DNA from: Tubiluchus corallicola
Lineage: Eukaryota > Animalia > Priapulida
Direction: 5' to 3'
DNA: 64,000 nucleotides
NCBI GenBank assembly: GCA_030141605.1
Contig: JAQGDQ010000956.1
Span: 1-64,000 of the forward strand
Below the pieces are notes generated by a model that saw only the letters and a program-made list of their open reading frames with translations, was not told the DNA's origin and did no database searches. Shown here one piece after another: positions 43,784 to 57,412 of the stretch. Position numbers and translations under genes: made by a program. The stretch's first letter is position 1, and the number at the start of each line of letters is the position of its first letter.

Positions 43784-44376
43784 TGGAAGAGAGGATTTTT
43801 CATATACCACCTCATTTTCAAGTTCAGTAAAACGTATGCATCTTAACACAATTAGTACTGCAAAAGCGTTTCTGATAATTAACAGATTAAAAACTAAATT
43901 AACGGCGGCCGAGCCCAACTATTAATGACGTCACAAACTAACACAATTTTCAACATCAAAAGTATTTCACAGGCGTGTTGCACGTGTTTGCAACAGCGAA
44001 AATTGAAGTACAGCGCTACTGTAAGATATTCAATGTGTTGTACTAGAACTAGGCAAGTTTTAAGATAAAAATTCAAATTTCAAATTTACCGCTGTACTCA
44101 CGCATGAGCTGTCGAACGTGTGTACTTCATCACAAACTATCACATCTGCATTGAGAGGTACAGCATCTACTTTTTGTGCAATGCTTTTCCAAAATGCAGG
44201 CGCTAGTGCCGGTCTAACTAGCGAATGGTGAATGTAACAGGGAAGAACTAGTGGTACGAACGTAAAATTGTGTTTGTGTGGTAATGATTCTTTCACGTAA
44301 GTCATTTTTGAAAAAATAGTATGTTTCCTTTCAATATTTTAAGGAGTAGATTGTTTTGAAATATAACGATTTTGCT
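43784..44376 (+). mobile_element. Kolobok-like TTAA MITE (~590 bp)
   Basis: TTAA|TGGAAGAGAGGAT...GATTTTGCT|TTAA. The body matches the other copies. Confidence 0.85.
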
Positions 44377-44530
44377 TTAATTAAATTTACAAGAACCTTC
44401 ATATTCTTGTTCTTTTGAAAACAAATTAAATTAAAAAACTCTAATATAAGTGCATATTGTACTCAGACTGTATAAAAACAGTATGAAAAAATATTATATT
44501 AGTGATAATAGGATACATATCTTCACCTGT

Positions 44531-45026
<496 letters not shown>

Positions 45027-45416
45027 CACCTGTCAATATGAGTACAAACTATAGTATAAAATTACGACATACATATTACGCTATTAACGATATAATAACC
45101 TCTTTTTCTAGCAAAAAAAACTGAGAAATTTTGACAGCATTATACTGGGCCGCCGAGAGAATTTTTATGTGCCCGCGGAAAACAAATTTGCCCCCCCCCC
45201 CCGACTATAACATATAAAACAATAACTTATATTCAATAATCTGTATTTCTTAATAACCGAAATATGTTTATTTACAGTGAACCGTAATACGTCCCTCTTC
45301 ATATTCTGCTAAATAATGGAGATTTTCTGTTTTTCTTTAAAAAAACATCGAACAACCTCATCAAAATTGATTTTTCTTGCAAGTTCAGCTTTAATGCCAA
45401 ATTATTTCATCATTTA

Positions 45417-46208
45417 AAAACGTATGGCTGGTTTATTTCCATTTTAGATCTATTTTCCAACGAGACAAATTAACTCAACAATACATGAACGCAAGCCCAT
45501 AGCGGCCTGATCGTTTGCTGTAAAAGCTATTGAATTGAATAAGAATTCCGTAAATATTTAAATCACACAGATACTATCTTCCATTTATATGTGATATTGT
45601 TCTCACAAAACTACTACAAAAACGATTTGTTAAATTTTACCATAGTTGCTTATATAGTGAAAATCACATAGCCAATTTCTTTACACATAATTCTCTATTT
45701 CACGCCTCTTCTATTCTTCTACAATGAGTTATAATCTGTTATCTATTTGTAGCGAGTACAAAACTTTTCACACATATGAAAATTTTCTTTCTAAAGTTTT
45801 TTCTTGTACATTAGATGTAAGAAGTAATGCTAGCAAAGAACAAATACGGACTGTAAATTTCATTAAAGAAGTTACTTGGGCTCTAGAACGTAATTGTTTT
45901 GATTTTTATGACAAGAATGAGTTGTACGCCGTATCTTACTCTCACTGAATTGTATATATATATATATATATTGCTTACTAATCTTGTTAATTGATGAATT
46001 GTATATATATACATTGCTTACTAATCTTATTAGTTAATGTTATTTGCTTATTGATCTGTTTGTTTATTTGATGTGAATTTACTCTCACTTAATTGTATAT
46101 ATTCCTATTGCTTACTAATCTTGTTAATTAATCTTATTTTGCTTGCTGATGTGTTTGTTTATTTGGTGTGATTGTACCACGAGCACGAATTAAAATGATA
46201 TGTATAAT
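45417..46208 (+). mobile_element. Dispersed repeat copy B, probably a decayed CR1/L2-group LINE 3' end
   Basis: Reverse complement of 56186-56852. A relic frame KYLNHTDTIFHLYVIL resembles the Y..HT..LF..L.IL motif. The 3' part has local tandem duplications. Confidence 0.65.
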
Positions 46209-47317
46209 GTCATACTGCTGACGTTGGATGTAACAGTACTTACTCGTGTAAATATGGTAAACCATAGTATGTAAAGACGAGTAGAGTATACTTGATGTAT
46301 TCTCGGATAGTATAAACTATAAACACAAGCTATGAAGATTTTTACATCCGACCGATAAAGAATACATGAGACATGCCTATAAAATATTCATCCTTTTAGT
46401 AAGAATCAATAAATGTTGATTTTTCATTTAAAATAAAGCTTAACTAAAATTACGGAGCGGAGACTATACAGGTAATGTACAGGTAATATACAGGTAAAGG
46501 ATGTAGAGAAAAAATTATCAGAAATTATACATTATTACGAAGAGAGCAGCTGTAAGACTATCCATTTCATGGCTTCCTAAAGACATTAATATGATTATTT
46601 GAACTAACTCTCACGTGCTTAGGTAATCTTTTCCGAATTTTGAACCTAGAACTTCGAAAACTATATTCACCATATTTTTAGTTCATACTCTTGACATGTT
46701 TAACATACTATTGTATTTAAACTGCGTACTGATTCCAAACGCAAGATGTACAGCTAATCAAAAACCGAACTGCAATGATTCTCTAACAAGATGAACATCC
46801 ATGCGGGTTGTTGTCACAGACCGTGTAATTGGAGCAGTTCAAACAAAGCTTTCATTGCTACTTTCAATATAGAACCTCCTCGCGCTATGGGTGGTCTCAG
46901 CGTGTGCACGGTCTCTTGAGATTACAGTGTTTCTGCTTTAATGAAAACTAGCGAAACGGAGCTGTTATTTTGTGACAGTTTCATCATGAAACAGTAAAAC
47001 GACGGTCGCTTAACCATCGAGTGACTCAGTAGAGTTCTGGAATATTACGAAAGACGGCAGTGAATAGTTATGCTGACTCAATCAATATCGTCAGAAATGC
47101 CAATTGTCACTTGGAAATTACCTACAACTATATTGCAGGGAGACATTGTTAGTTAATAAATCAAATACGAGCTGTCGTAGACAATATCATAGCTATACGA
47201 CCCAGTTAATTATGTTATCATTATGTACTCTTAGCCTCTGCTAGACTTGACTGCATATAAGTAAACCTCATTGACAACTGTGACAAAATTTGCTCTAGAA
47301 AGTTTCGAATTGTTTTA

Positions 47318-48557
47318 CTGTACAACTTGTACAGTAAGACAATATGTACAACTTGTACAGTAAAACAATTTGTACAGCTTGTACTGTAAAACGATTTGTA
47401 CAACTTGTACAGTAGAACAATTTGTGCAGCTTGTACAGTAAAACGATTTGTACAATTTGTACAGTAAAACAATTTGCGCCGCATGTACAGTCAAACAATT
47501 TGTACAGTAAAGCAATTTGTACAGCTTGTACAGTTAAACAATTTGTACAACTTGTACAGTAAAACGATTTGTACAATTTGTACAGTAAAACAACTTGTAC
47601 AACTTGTACAGTAGAGCAATTTGTACAGCTTGTACACTTAAACAATTTGTACAGCTTGTACAGTAAAACAATTTGTACAACTTGTACAGTAAAACAATAT
47701 GTACAATTTGTACAGTAAAACGATTTGTACAATTTGTACAGTAAAACAACTTGTACAGTAGAGCAATTTGTACAGCTTGTACACTAAAACAATTTGTACA
47801 GCTTGTACAGTAAAACAACTTGTACAGTAGAGCAATTTGTACAGCTTGTACACTAAAACAATTTGTACAGCTTGTACAGTAAAACAATTTGTACAACTTG
47901 TACAGTAAAACAATATGTACAATTTGTACAGTAAAACGATTTGTACAATTTGTACAGTAAAACAACTTGTACAGTAGAGCAATTTGTACAGCTTGTACAC
48001 TAAAACAATTTGTACAGCTTGTACAGTAAAACAACTTGTACAGTAGAGCAATTTGTACAGCTTGTACACTAAAACAATTTGTACAGCTTGTACAGTAAAA
48101 CAATTTGTACAACTTGTACAGTAAAACAATATGTACAACTTGTACAGTAAAACAATTTGTACAACTTGTACAGTAAAACAATATGTACAACTTGTACAGT
48201 AAAACAATTTGTGCAGCTTGTACAGTAAAACAATTTGCACAGCTTATACAGTAAAACAATTTGTACAACTTGTACAGTAAAACAATTTGTACAACTTGTA
48301 CAGTAAAACAATTTGTACAACTTGTACAGTAAAACAATTTGTACAACTTGTACAGTAAAACAATTTGTACAACTTGTACAGTAAAACAATATGTACAACT
48401 TGTACAGTAAAACAGTTTGTACAGCTTATACAGTAAAAGAATTTGTACAACTTGTACAGTAAAACAATATGTACAACTTGTACAGTAAAACAGTTTGTAC
48501 AGCTTGTACACTTAAACAATTTGTACAGCTTGTACAGCAAAACAACTTGTACAATTT
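47318..48557. repeat. 26-bp satellite (cttgtacagtaaaacaatttgtacaa), ~1.24 kb, with higher-order variants
   Basis: Directly visible. It is the source of the 109-325 aa pseudo-ORFs. Confidence 0.97.
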
Positions 48558-50370
48558 GTTCATTAACAATACATATCATATTAAACACTAAAATAGTAGT
48601 AAAATGTTGCACTTCACTAAACTTTTTTAAATCTTTGTAATATTAGAATTCATAATCTGTCAACAAATGAACTCGTTTATTTATTTCTTCATGGAAATCA
48701 AGCATTTACCTATAAGTGATATAACTGTTAATATTCAAGTATTTTAGCTTATAAAGAAATTTGTATTTCTAATTAAGCGCTTTTAACCATTGTATTAGTT
48801 CACGTTGTTTACATAGTAATATTAATGTTATTCTCAACATTATGCTATGTATGTATCTATACTTCTAGTAGTTCCACTCTAATGCTTCTACTGTTCGTAT
48901 ACTGTCTGCACTCTACTAAGTGTTACGTTACATTGGCAAGAACGTTTATCAGTAACCGCACCTGCCAGGGGGTAGGGGGCTGAAGCCGCCCCCAGATTCG
49001 GGCAAACACATTTCAATCACCAAATCTTTCGGACACCGGACATCGGGGACGGACCAAATGATGAAAAAAATAAAATTATGTCTTTCATAAAAGGAAATCT
49101 CGAAATTTCTCCGTGTCGCCAAATGAAGTGCTCGAAATCCGGGCATTTATTTTATCATGGGATGAGATGAGGCAATTCCCGGTTCCGGCCTTTTTTGGGG
49201 GCTGGCAGTGCAGGTTTTGGGGCAAAAGTGGCACAGCCCCTCCCGCTGGAAAAACCGGCCATTACGACTTCGTTTATCAGTTGCAAAAAACTACCTTGCA
49301 CAAGCCATATTGTAAGTCCTTATTCGAATAAAAGTACATTGAAACAGAAGTCTATTATTACAGTGTAAAAATTGCCACAATTTTTTTGTTATTCGTGGAA
49401 TGTCGAATGAGAAAAGTACCAATTCACTTTCATACAATATTTTTCCACGTACAATCTTATCACTGATATTAAACGTTATTAAATGAATAGCCAAACTAAC
49501 CTCAATAATAAACCCAATTAATTACGCATGCGCGTCAAGATGTCAACACTGTTCAATGGAAACAAGACCCATGGTCATTTGCTATAAATGTTTCTGACAA
49601 ATTTGCTACTATAAGTGGTCATTTCCTACCTCAAGTGGTCATTTGCTACTGTTTAAATTCAGCCAAATTACCACAACATTGACCACCACCTGTCAGTTAG
49701 TGCTAGTGACATGTTAACGACCTGTAATCATTATTATTTAACGACGATCATAATTGGCTAATCAGGTTGAAGGGCGGAGTCACCTAAATAAATCTGTTTG
49801 TATACATAATACGTATAAGTATATGTGTAGCCTTTATAGCTTTTATAATTGCCTAAATGAACAAATAAGTTTTTGCCGTTATACATTTTGAGCTAATAAC
49901 GTGCCTCATGCGTTAACATTAGGATTTCTTTTCAAATTTTAAAATAAAACCGGATGATTGCGTAAACATTAGTTCAGAATAAAGAATGCTCTAAAATGTT
50001 GAAAACTACAGTAGCTTTTTTTAAAAATCAAAGCTTAGATTAAATAATAATTATCTCGGACACTCAAATTTCGTTAAACTTTCAAAGCTACTCGCGACTC
50101 AGTGAATTTACTATAATTGGCAGCGGCGCCTTTTTGTCACATTCGCGTGACCGACAAATAGAAGACTGTACCGTGATGAGCATGATCATGAACTGTAGTA
50201 CTAGTTTCTGACGTCATATGATGTAGAGCCCATTTTTCGTGACATCATGCATTTAAACAGTACAGTAACGCTTACGCAAACGTGCTTGATGCGCAGGGAA
50301 GATGCTTACCATTGCACAAACTGTGGTTAGTTTCTGACGTAAGCAAAAGCTGTGTTCGGTTGCCGATAAT

Positions 50371-50420
50371 TACCGTAAAACGGAGTGAGTTCGCCACCCG
50401 ACTGTGAGTTCGCCACCCCT
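50371..50420 (+). mobile_element. Possible pogo-like transposon left end
   Basis: TA followed by CCGTAAAACGG and a direct repeat of GTGAGTTCGCCACCC. No partner end found. Confidence 0.4.
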
Positions 50421-50966
50421 TACATAATGGATGGCGTAATGGCCATTGTAGGTTTGCTGTAACTATTGTTCAGTGTTTAAAGAACAGATATCATGATCAC
50501 CGTCATTAAAAACAGTTTGCGACAGTTTTTTTTCAATTCGCACTAGAAGTATTCCATTCTGCGCTACATATTATTTGTCGCTAGAAATATGAGAAACAAT
50601 TGCTAACTTTTATAGGCAAGAAAATGTATATTTTGGACAGTAAATTAAAATGAGATTGAAGCGTCTAAACAATCGTCCGGTTTTCCTTTAACCAAATTTT
50701 GATTTACGTTCCGGTCTGACAGCCTGGCCCTGAGACCAGCTTGGGTTACCAGAAATCTTAGAATAAAAATTTTTAGAAGCGAATTAGGATTCTGTCTGAG
50801 TTCAGCCCAGAATTCAACCGTCTAAACATAAAAAATTAATCGCCTCTAAAATGCCTCTAAATGTTATTATACTAGTTAGCTAAATAAAAATTTATAAAAC
50901 TTCGCAACAATTATTACCCATTACGGGTTATGAGTTGAAGAAAGAAAACAGACTCTGAACGAATTG

Positions 50967-51040
50967 TGAACCGGTCGGGATTTGAACCGGGAGACCTAGG
51001 ATTACTACTCCCACGCTCTGTCACTCGAGCTACGAGTTCA
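50967..51040 (-). pseudogene. tRNA-like sequence (Thr-AGT-like pseudogene or SINE head)
   Basis: Reverse complement TGAACTCGTAGCTCGAGTGACAGAGCGTGGGAGTAGTAATCCTAGGTCTCCCGGTTCAAATCCCGACCGGTTCA. It has A and B boxes, a partial acceptor stem and AGT at the anticodon position, but the stems are mismatched. Confidence 0.6.
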
Positions 51041-51533
51041 TGACATGACCCACAATATCAAAAAAATTATAATATTTTCATTCAAGAAAGTCAACGTTTG
51101 AACTGCCATATTCAAGCAATTAAATTTTTTTTGATAAATAAATAAACAAAAGCTTTATAAAATTTGTCAACATTGCGGATTACTTATCAAATTAGTTCTG
51201 TTCTTCCTCGTAAGAATTTGAAAACCTTACAATAGGTGAAGTTAATGCAAGTTATACCATTTACATGTAATCACAGTTCGTTTTACTTGCCTATTATTTA
51301 AACCTAATCACAATAACGAACTTTAATAAAAATAGGCCCAGGCTTTTGTTATTTCGTTATATTTTATCTACCAGCAATCATACATAAACTTATTGAGCTA
51401 GTATCCGAATATTGTAATTAGTTAGCTAATTGTATATCCACCCTGAGATAATTATAAATAGACAAAAATGGCTTCATTCTGTTGTTTTATGGACTTTAGT
51501 TTAGACATAGTTTACTGGGATCAGATTAGACAG

Positions 51534-52501
51534 TTTTTAAAACTGATACATGAATTCTCACTATGCAAAAATATGTACAGGCAGAAGTAGAGAAAAAATA
51601 AAGGAATATAAACAGAAATAAACTCAAATTTATACACGCATACAAATACATGCAAACACAAGTAAATATACACACATACAAATACATGCAAACACAAGTA
51701 AATATACACACAAACAAATACATGCAAACACAAGTAAATATACACACATACAAATACATACAAACACAAGTAAATATACACACATACAAATACATACAAA
51801 CACAAGTAAATATACACACATACAAATACATACAAACACAAGTAAATATACACACATACAAATACATACAAACGCAGACACACACATAGAAAGTTAGGGA
51901 CACAATAAGTAACAGAACACGTAAATGATAACAATAACTGTCTTAAAATTTACCATAAACGCATAAAAAGGAACTTAAGGTCTGTTCACATTAGAACGCT
52001 TAGAACTTCTATTGTAATTTTGGACGCAATCAAACATTTTACAGTTAACAGCAATATTAAAATCATCATTTCCACATACGTACAATGACAAACGTTCACT
52101 ATTAGTATATTGTAAAAGATTGATATTTAAAGGCAATAGTATCTTATTTAATTGACTGAAGATAGCATCTCTGGCTTGATAATAATCAGGGCATTCTGGG
52201 AAGAGATGTTCTCAATTTTCAAATGACAACCACAACCACAATTAGGGGAGACAAGTACACCATGAGGAACTTTGTAGCCTTTCAAAAACAAATCATCATT
52301 CAACTGACTAAAACCAATACGCATGCGTGCGTGATGGACAGAATCGGGTATTTTATTGACTTTATACATATCTCTGATTATTTTCAAGCTAATAAATTCT
52401 GAAACATTTCCCACAAGTATTATATGAATAATCGCTAACGTATCTATCTTCATTTATACGTACAAAAACTTGTCATAAACGATGTATGCTAGGAATTATG
52501 C
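51534..52501 (-). repeat. ~1-kb repeat copy A' (inverted) with 36-bp minisatellite (~7x)
   Basis: Reverse complement of 40218-41358. The mirrored ORFs in the track confirm it. Confidence 0.9.
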
Positions 52502-53029
52502 AGTTCAGCAAACGTAGGTGTGGAAGCGTCATAAACTTTGATAATTTTTAGCATTTATAAGCAGCACATGGGGGTCACACCAAAAACTTAACGAGCACAC
52601 GTGTGAACGAGGCTGTTTCAAATTGAAGCGCTGATCAGCTTTGGTATTTATGGTGACAGTGTTGCTGCCATAAAAGTTTAGAATCCGATTTTTAAAACAT
52701 GGTGTGCTGGTATTTATTGCAGGCAACTGTTTCATTTATAATGAGTTACACGTACAGAACTGAGCAGTCTTGCAATGTTAGAATTTCTAGAATATGAATT
52801 GAATGGGTTAAACCGCCTTGTCACTGCTGAAGAAATCTTTACCTTGTATCTTAGCAACAAACAGAAATTATTTAGAAGAGCAACGGATGTTTTTACATAA
52901 GAAAATCTTTAATACAAACACGGCATGAAACGGCTGGCTGAACAAACGTAACCTTCAAAGGTTGCTCTTTTGATAAACCCCTTACCATTCGCTTGGGTAC
53001 GACCTTTCCATATTTTGCCTACAGTATCT

Positions 53030-53930
53030 TTTTAATAGTCATAATCGTAAAACTGGCATAAGATTGTGGTTACAGCAGGTGACGTGAGTTTATAGAGCAA
53101 CGTCATTGGCTGGCGAGAATCGCGCTGCCGCCTTATTGGTCGAAGGAGTTATATTATTTGAAGCATAATAAAATACGCCAGAGTGAAATATTGTATTGGA
53201 GAAATGGCGCCGGGTAATGTTAATGCGTATATGGCCACGCAGAGGCTTGTCTAAAATAAAATATCGTTAAAATATTGATAATAAGATGCGTAGCATACTT
53301 AATGAGTTTGGAAGAATGTATTTTATGCACTTAACAGGTTGTTAATTGTGGCAAGATTAAGCAAGCACGTCACTGTGCGCTACCTGGTTTGATGGCTATA
53401 AAACCAAGCTGCCATGAAAGCTGGGTAATAAACAACGAATTCTCTGGTCCCGACCTCATAAAACCTCCCGGAGAGGGCTGTAAACTGTTATGATATCACA
53501 AAACTTACGAACGAACGGCCATTGTGACTGAACTGCACTTGCTATGCGGCTGTACTGTGTTAGGAAGAGCAGAATCCTTCCTCGTAGCTCGGATTTTTCC
53601 CCGTTTTGCTCGCCGCCGGCTCGACGAGGAGGCGCAATGCGGTAAGTAGTTGCTGATTAGTGCCTAATTTAGCTGCCATCCTTCCCACAATTCACCTGTG
53701 TTTGTCTCTAATCAGACGAGCAATCCTTCTATCACCGCATCGTAAATCTTTCTGTTCTGTTTGTACCAGATCCCTCAGCGGGTACCTCTAAACTGCTGAC
53801 CAGCGAACGTCACACCATCGCGGGAAACATTAAACGCGCGATGCAAGCGCTGGCTGACAGTCTGCGTGTCCTCCTGTTTGTCTGCATGAATTCTTCCATG
53901 TTCGACGCTAGGACAGGACAGATTTTTAGC
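53030..53930 (+). promoter_or_regulatory. CpG-rich unique island with promoter-like motifs and splice signals
   Basis: ATTGG at 53105, 53135 and 53195; AAATGGCG at 53202; TATAAAA at 53397; donor G|GTAAGT at 53642; acceptors ending at 53715 and 53769. Confidence 0.5.
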
Positions 53931-54132
53931 GCAAAGCCACAAACATTTTCCGTATCAGACATTTGTTAGATGCTTATATCAAAATAATATATATTATTTG
54001 GATTATTAATACATATTACATGTATTATATGTAATACTAATACATACAAAATATTATATAATACATATTATTTGGATAATTTCCAAATAATATGTATATA
54101 TGTATATATATATATATATGTATATATACATG

Positions 54133-54167
<35 letters not shown>

Positions 54168-54193
54168 ACATATATATATATATATATACATAT

Positions 54194-54258
<65 letters not shown>

Positions 54259-54263
<5 letters not shown>

Positions 54264-54460
54264 TCTGTGGCCTTGGTATATTCCAATTTTAAGTATTAAC
54301 TGATGGATTACTTGTGTTTTTGAGCTAACTAACTATGTATGTAACTATGTTCTTGATAACCAGTTGTATATATCTGTTCTCAACTAAAATGTATTTGTTG
54401 AACAGTGGAAAAACTCCGATCAGTTAATGTTACTCTATGTCAATCCACTTAAAATAAATA
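54259..54460 (+). mobile_element. Uninterrupted copy of the ~200-bp repeat, flanked by (AT)n
   Basis: Matches 27546-27643 + 28121-28225. It has internal inverted ends attttaagt / acttaaaat. Confidence 0.7.
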
Positions 54461-54609
54461 TAGCTTATATATATATATATATATATATATATTTACAAAT
54501 AATATGAGAAACAGTACATTCTTAAATTGTTACTAAAATGCATTATAGTTGTCAGTTCTGTGAACGCAACCCTTTTTGTCAACTGTAGTCATTTTCCGTA
54601 AAAAATAAT

Positions 54610-55095
54610 GTGTACACACAAATATTTAGGGTCAAAATTCAACAGGCGCCTAACAGTAAACTGAGAAATAAATGTTTAAGTGTAAGCAGGCGTGTAGCAA
54701 GTTGATTCGACAAAATTCAGATCAAAGAAAGTGGTTTTTAGGTTTTCCTTTACGTTCGTTCTCTCTTACGTTCTTTCTTACTCTCTCGCTCAGCAGAAAA
54801 AAAGCAAGTGTGTAATCTGTAAGAATCGAAGTTTCATTTGTCTTAAACGTTTCCCGATAACAGAAGTATTTCCAGAAATAACGTGAAAGGTCAAAATGTT
54901 AGCCTTTTTTTTATAAATCATTCATGCGCGGACAGAATGTATACAGAGACAGCAACAAATATAGTTTGTTTGGTCTGACTTTGTTGACACAGTTTTACTG
55001 CGTGTGGCCTACGTTTGCTTTCCTTCAAATATTTATTTCTTAATTTTCAGTAGGACGAAAATTGAACTTTGACCCTGAATATTTTTGCGTGAACG
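54610..55095. mobile_element. Old palindromic MITE with ~130-bp arms; a third arm copy at 55895-56023
   Basis: gtgtacacacaaatatttagggtcaaaattcaac...tcagatcaaa has reverse-complement matches at 54969-55095 and 55895-56023. Confidence 0.6.
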
Positions 55096-55346
55096 CCAAT
55101 GGTTAAAATTCGTAAAAAATAACCTATTTTGCTCAAGATTTAGCACAGTGCTATGAGACGTTTCAGTATTAAATATATGGGTTCATTATTTATGCCTAAA
55201 TATTTTCTAAAATTTTCTATAATATCTGTTCGGGGACTATTGAAATTTCAATTAACAGGCCTCATCTGAGACCAAATTTGTCAGTAACAGTCCTTGCTAT
55301 TTTTTCTGAAAAAAATGTTTTTTCGGAAGGTTAATAAAACGTTTAA

Positions 55347-55806
55347 CCCTTTCAGTCCCAAATTATTTTTTTAATAAGAAAAAAATTTTTGGCTTGGCAC
55401 TTTCGTTCAGTATGTCTATCTTGTTTACCCATAATAATTATTTTTTTCTACCTGTGCCCGCGTGTTAAATATAGCCTGTATCCCAAGGGATACATTGGGA
55501 TTCAATGGAAGCATAAAATGTGCTTCATTTTGCAACTGCTGATAATTTTTTAAAGTTTTTAAGACATTTAGTATGCACGCTATGCTGATCTGTACAAAGT
55601 CGTCTCTAAAGTACTGTACCTTGCACAATTTTTTATGCTATGTAGATTTTCTAGTTTGCCATTTTATCACCATTTTTAGTCTATTGTTATTGGCTTAAGT
55701 CAAAATAACTATTAACAGATCAAATAACTGTCAGTTTTAAAATTTTATTAATTTTAAAGGCAGAAAATATTCTCGTATCTCACGGGATACAACGGGTATG
55801 AAAGGG
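55347..55806 (+). mobile_element. Non-autonomous piggyBac-like MITE, copy 2 (460 bp)
   Basis: TTAA|CCCTTTCAGTCCC...GGGTATGAAAGGG|TTAA: TTAA target duplication, CCCT/AGGG termini, and internal palindromic GTATCCCAAGGGATAC / GTATCTCACGGGATAC motifs. Confidence 0.9.
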
Positions 55807-56185
55807 TTAATGTAAAATGTTTAAGATAAATGAAATTTCCGTTCTTATGGAATAATTTTGTTCCACAAGTGCTTGTAGTGAACGTACATATAAGAAACTC
55901 GACTTTATTTGGTCTGAATTTGCCTAATAAATCAGCTACACGCGTTTTTACACTTAAACACTTATTTCTCAATTTACTATTAGACGTCTGTTGAATTTCG
56001 CCCCAGAATATTTTTGTGTACCCGCCCGCTGACTAAAATCAGTAAACGATAAACTGTGATCGATAAACATTTTGTTTACTTAAATTTTGTTGTTTTACAC
56101 ACCTGTGCGGTTATGCCTAAAATGAAAAGGAAATATCTTTCTTCGTTAAGCATGTGAGCAGGTCAAGAAGCTTTTCCATTTCAAT

Positions 56186-56852
56186 TATATATAATATCAT
56201 TTTTATTCCTACTCGTGGTAAATTCACGTCAAATAAACAAACAGATCAATAAGCAAATAACATTAATATTAATAATATTAGTAAGCAATGTACATATATT
56301 GTATTGTATATATATATATACAATTCAGTGAGAGTAAGATACGGCGTACAACTCATTCCTGTCAAAAAAAATCAAAACAATTACGTTCTAGAGCCCATGT
56401 AACTTCTTTAATGAAATTTACAATCCGTATTTGTTCATCGCTAGCATTATCTCTTACATCTAATGTACAAGAAAAAACTTTAGAAAGAAAATTTTCGTTT
56501 GTCTAAAAAGTTTTGTACTCGTTACAAATAGATAACAAATTATAACCCATTATAGAAGGGGCATGAAATCGAGAATTACGTGCAAAGAAATTGGCTATAT
56601 GATTTTCACTATATAAGCAACTATGGCAAAATTTAACAAATCGGTTTTGTAGTAGTTTAAGCGGGAGAACAATATCACATATAAAAGGAAGATAGTATCA
56701 GTGTGATTTAAATCTTTACGGAATTCTATTCAATTCAATAGCTTTTACAGAAAACGATCAGGCCGCTATGGGTTTGCGTTCATGTATTGTTAAGTTAATT
56801 TGTCTCGTTGGAAAATAGATCTAAAATGGAAATAAACCAGCTATACGTTTTT
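56186..56852 (-). mobile_element. Dispersed repeat copy B' (inverted)
   Basis: Colinear reverse complement of 45417-46208. Confidence 0.7.
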
Positions 56853-56919
56853 ATAATAGCTAACCATTGCTACTAAGTATTGTCGTTGCATGGTAATATT
56901 TTTGACAGTGAAAGTACTA

Positions 56920-57412
56920 AAGAAGCCAACTTTAGTAACCGGAATGACCTAGAGAACTTTTTTTAGTTAATGGGAAACCCTGAGATATTTAAAATTACAA
57001 ATTGAGAGATTCTATAGTTTATTAAGAAGCCAACTTTACTAACCGGAATGACCTAGAGAACTTTTTTTAGTTAATGAGAAAACCTGAGATATTTAAAATT
57101 ACAAATTGAGAAATTCTATAGCTTATTAAGAAGCCAACTTTACTAACCGGATGACCTAGTGAACTTTATATAGTTAATGGGAAACCCGGAGATATTTAAA
57201 ATTACAAATTGAGAAATTCTATACTTTATTAAGAAGCCAACTTTACTAACCGGAATGACCTAGAGAACTTTTTTTAGTTAATGGGAAATCCTGAGATATT
57301 TAAAATTACAAATTGAGAGATTCTATAGTTTATTAAAAAGCCAACTTTACTAACCGGAATGACCTAGAGGACTTTATTTAGTTAATGGGAAATCCTGAGA
57401 TATTTAAAATTA
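56920..57412. repeat. ~105-bp tandem array, ~5 copies
   Basis: Unit aagaagccaactttactaaccggaatgacctagagaac...gagattctatagtttatt. Confidence 0.95.

Noticed and set aside
47534-48511. 325-aa Cys-rich ORF and overlapping ORFs
   Set aside because: These are translations of the 26-bp satellite, open in several frames, with no splice or codon evidence.
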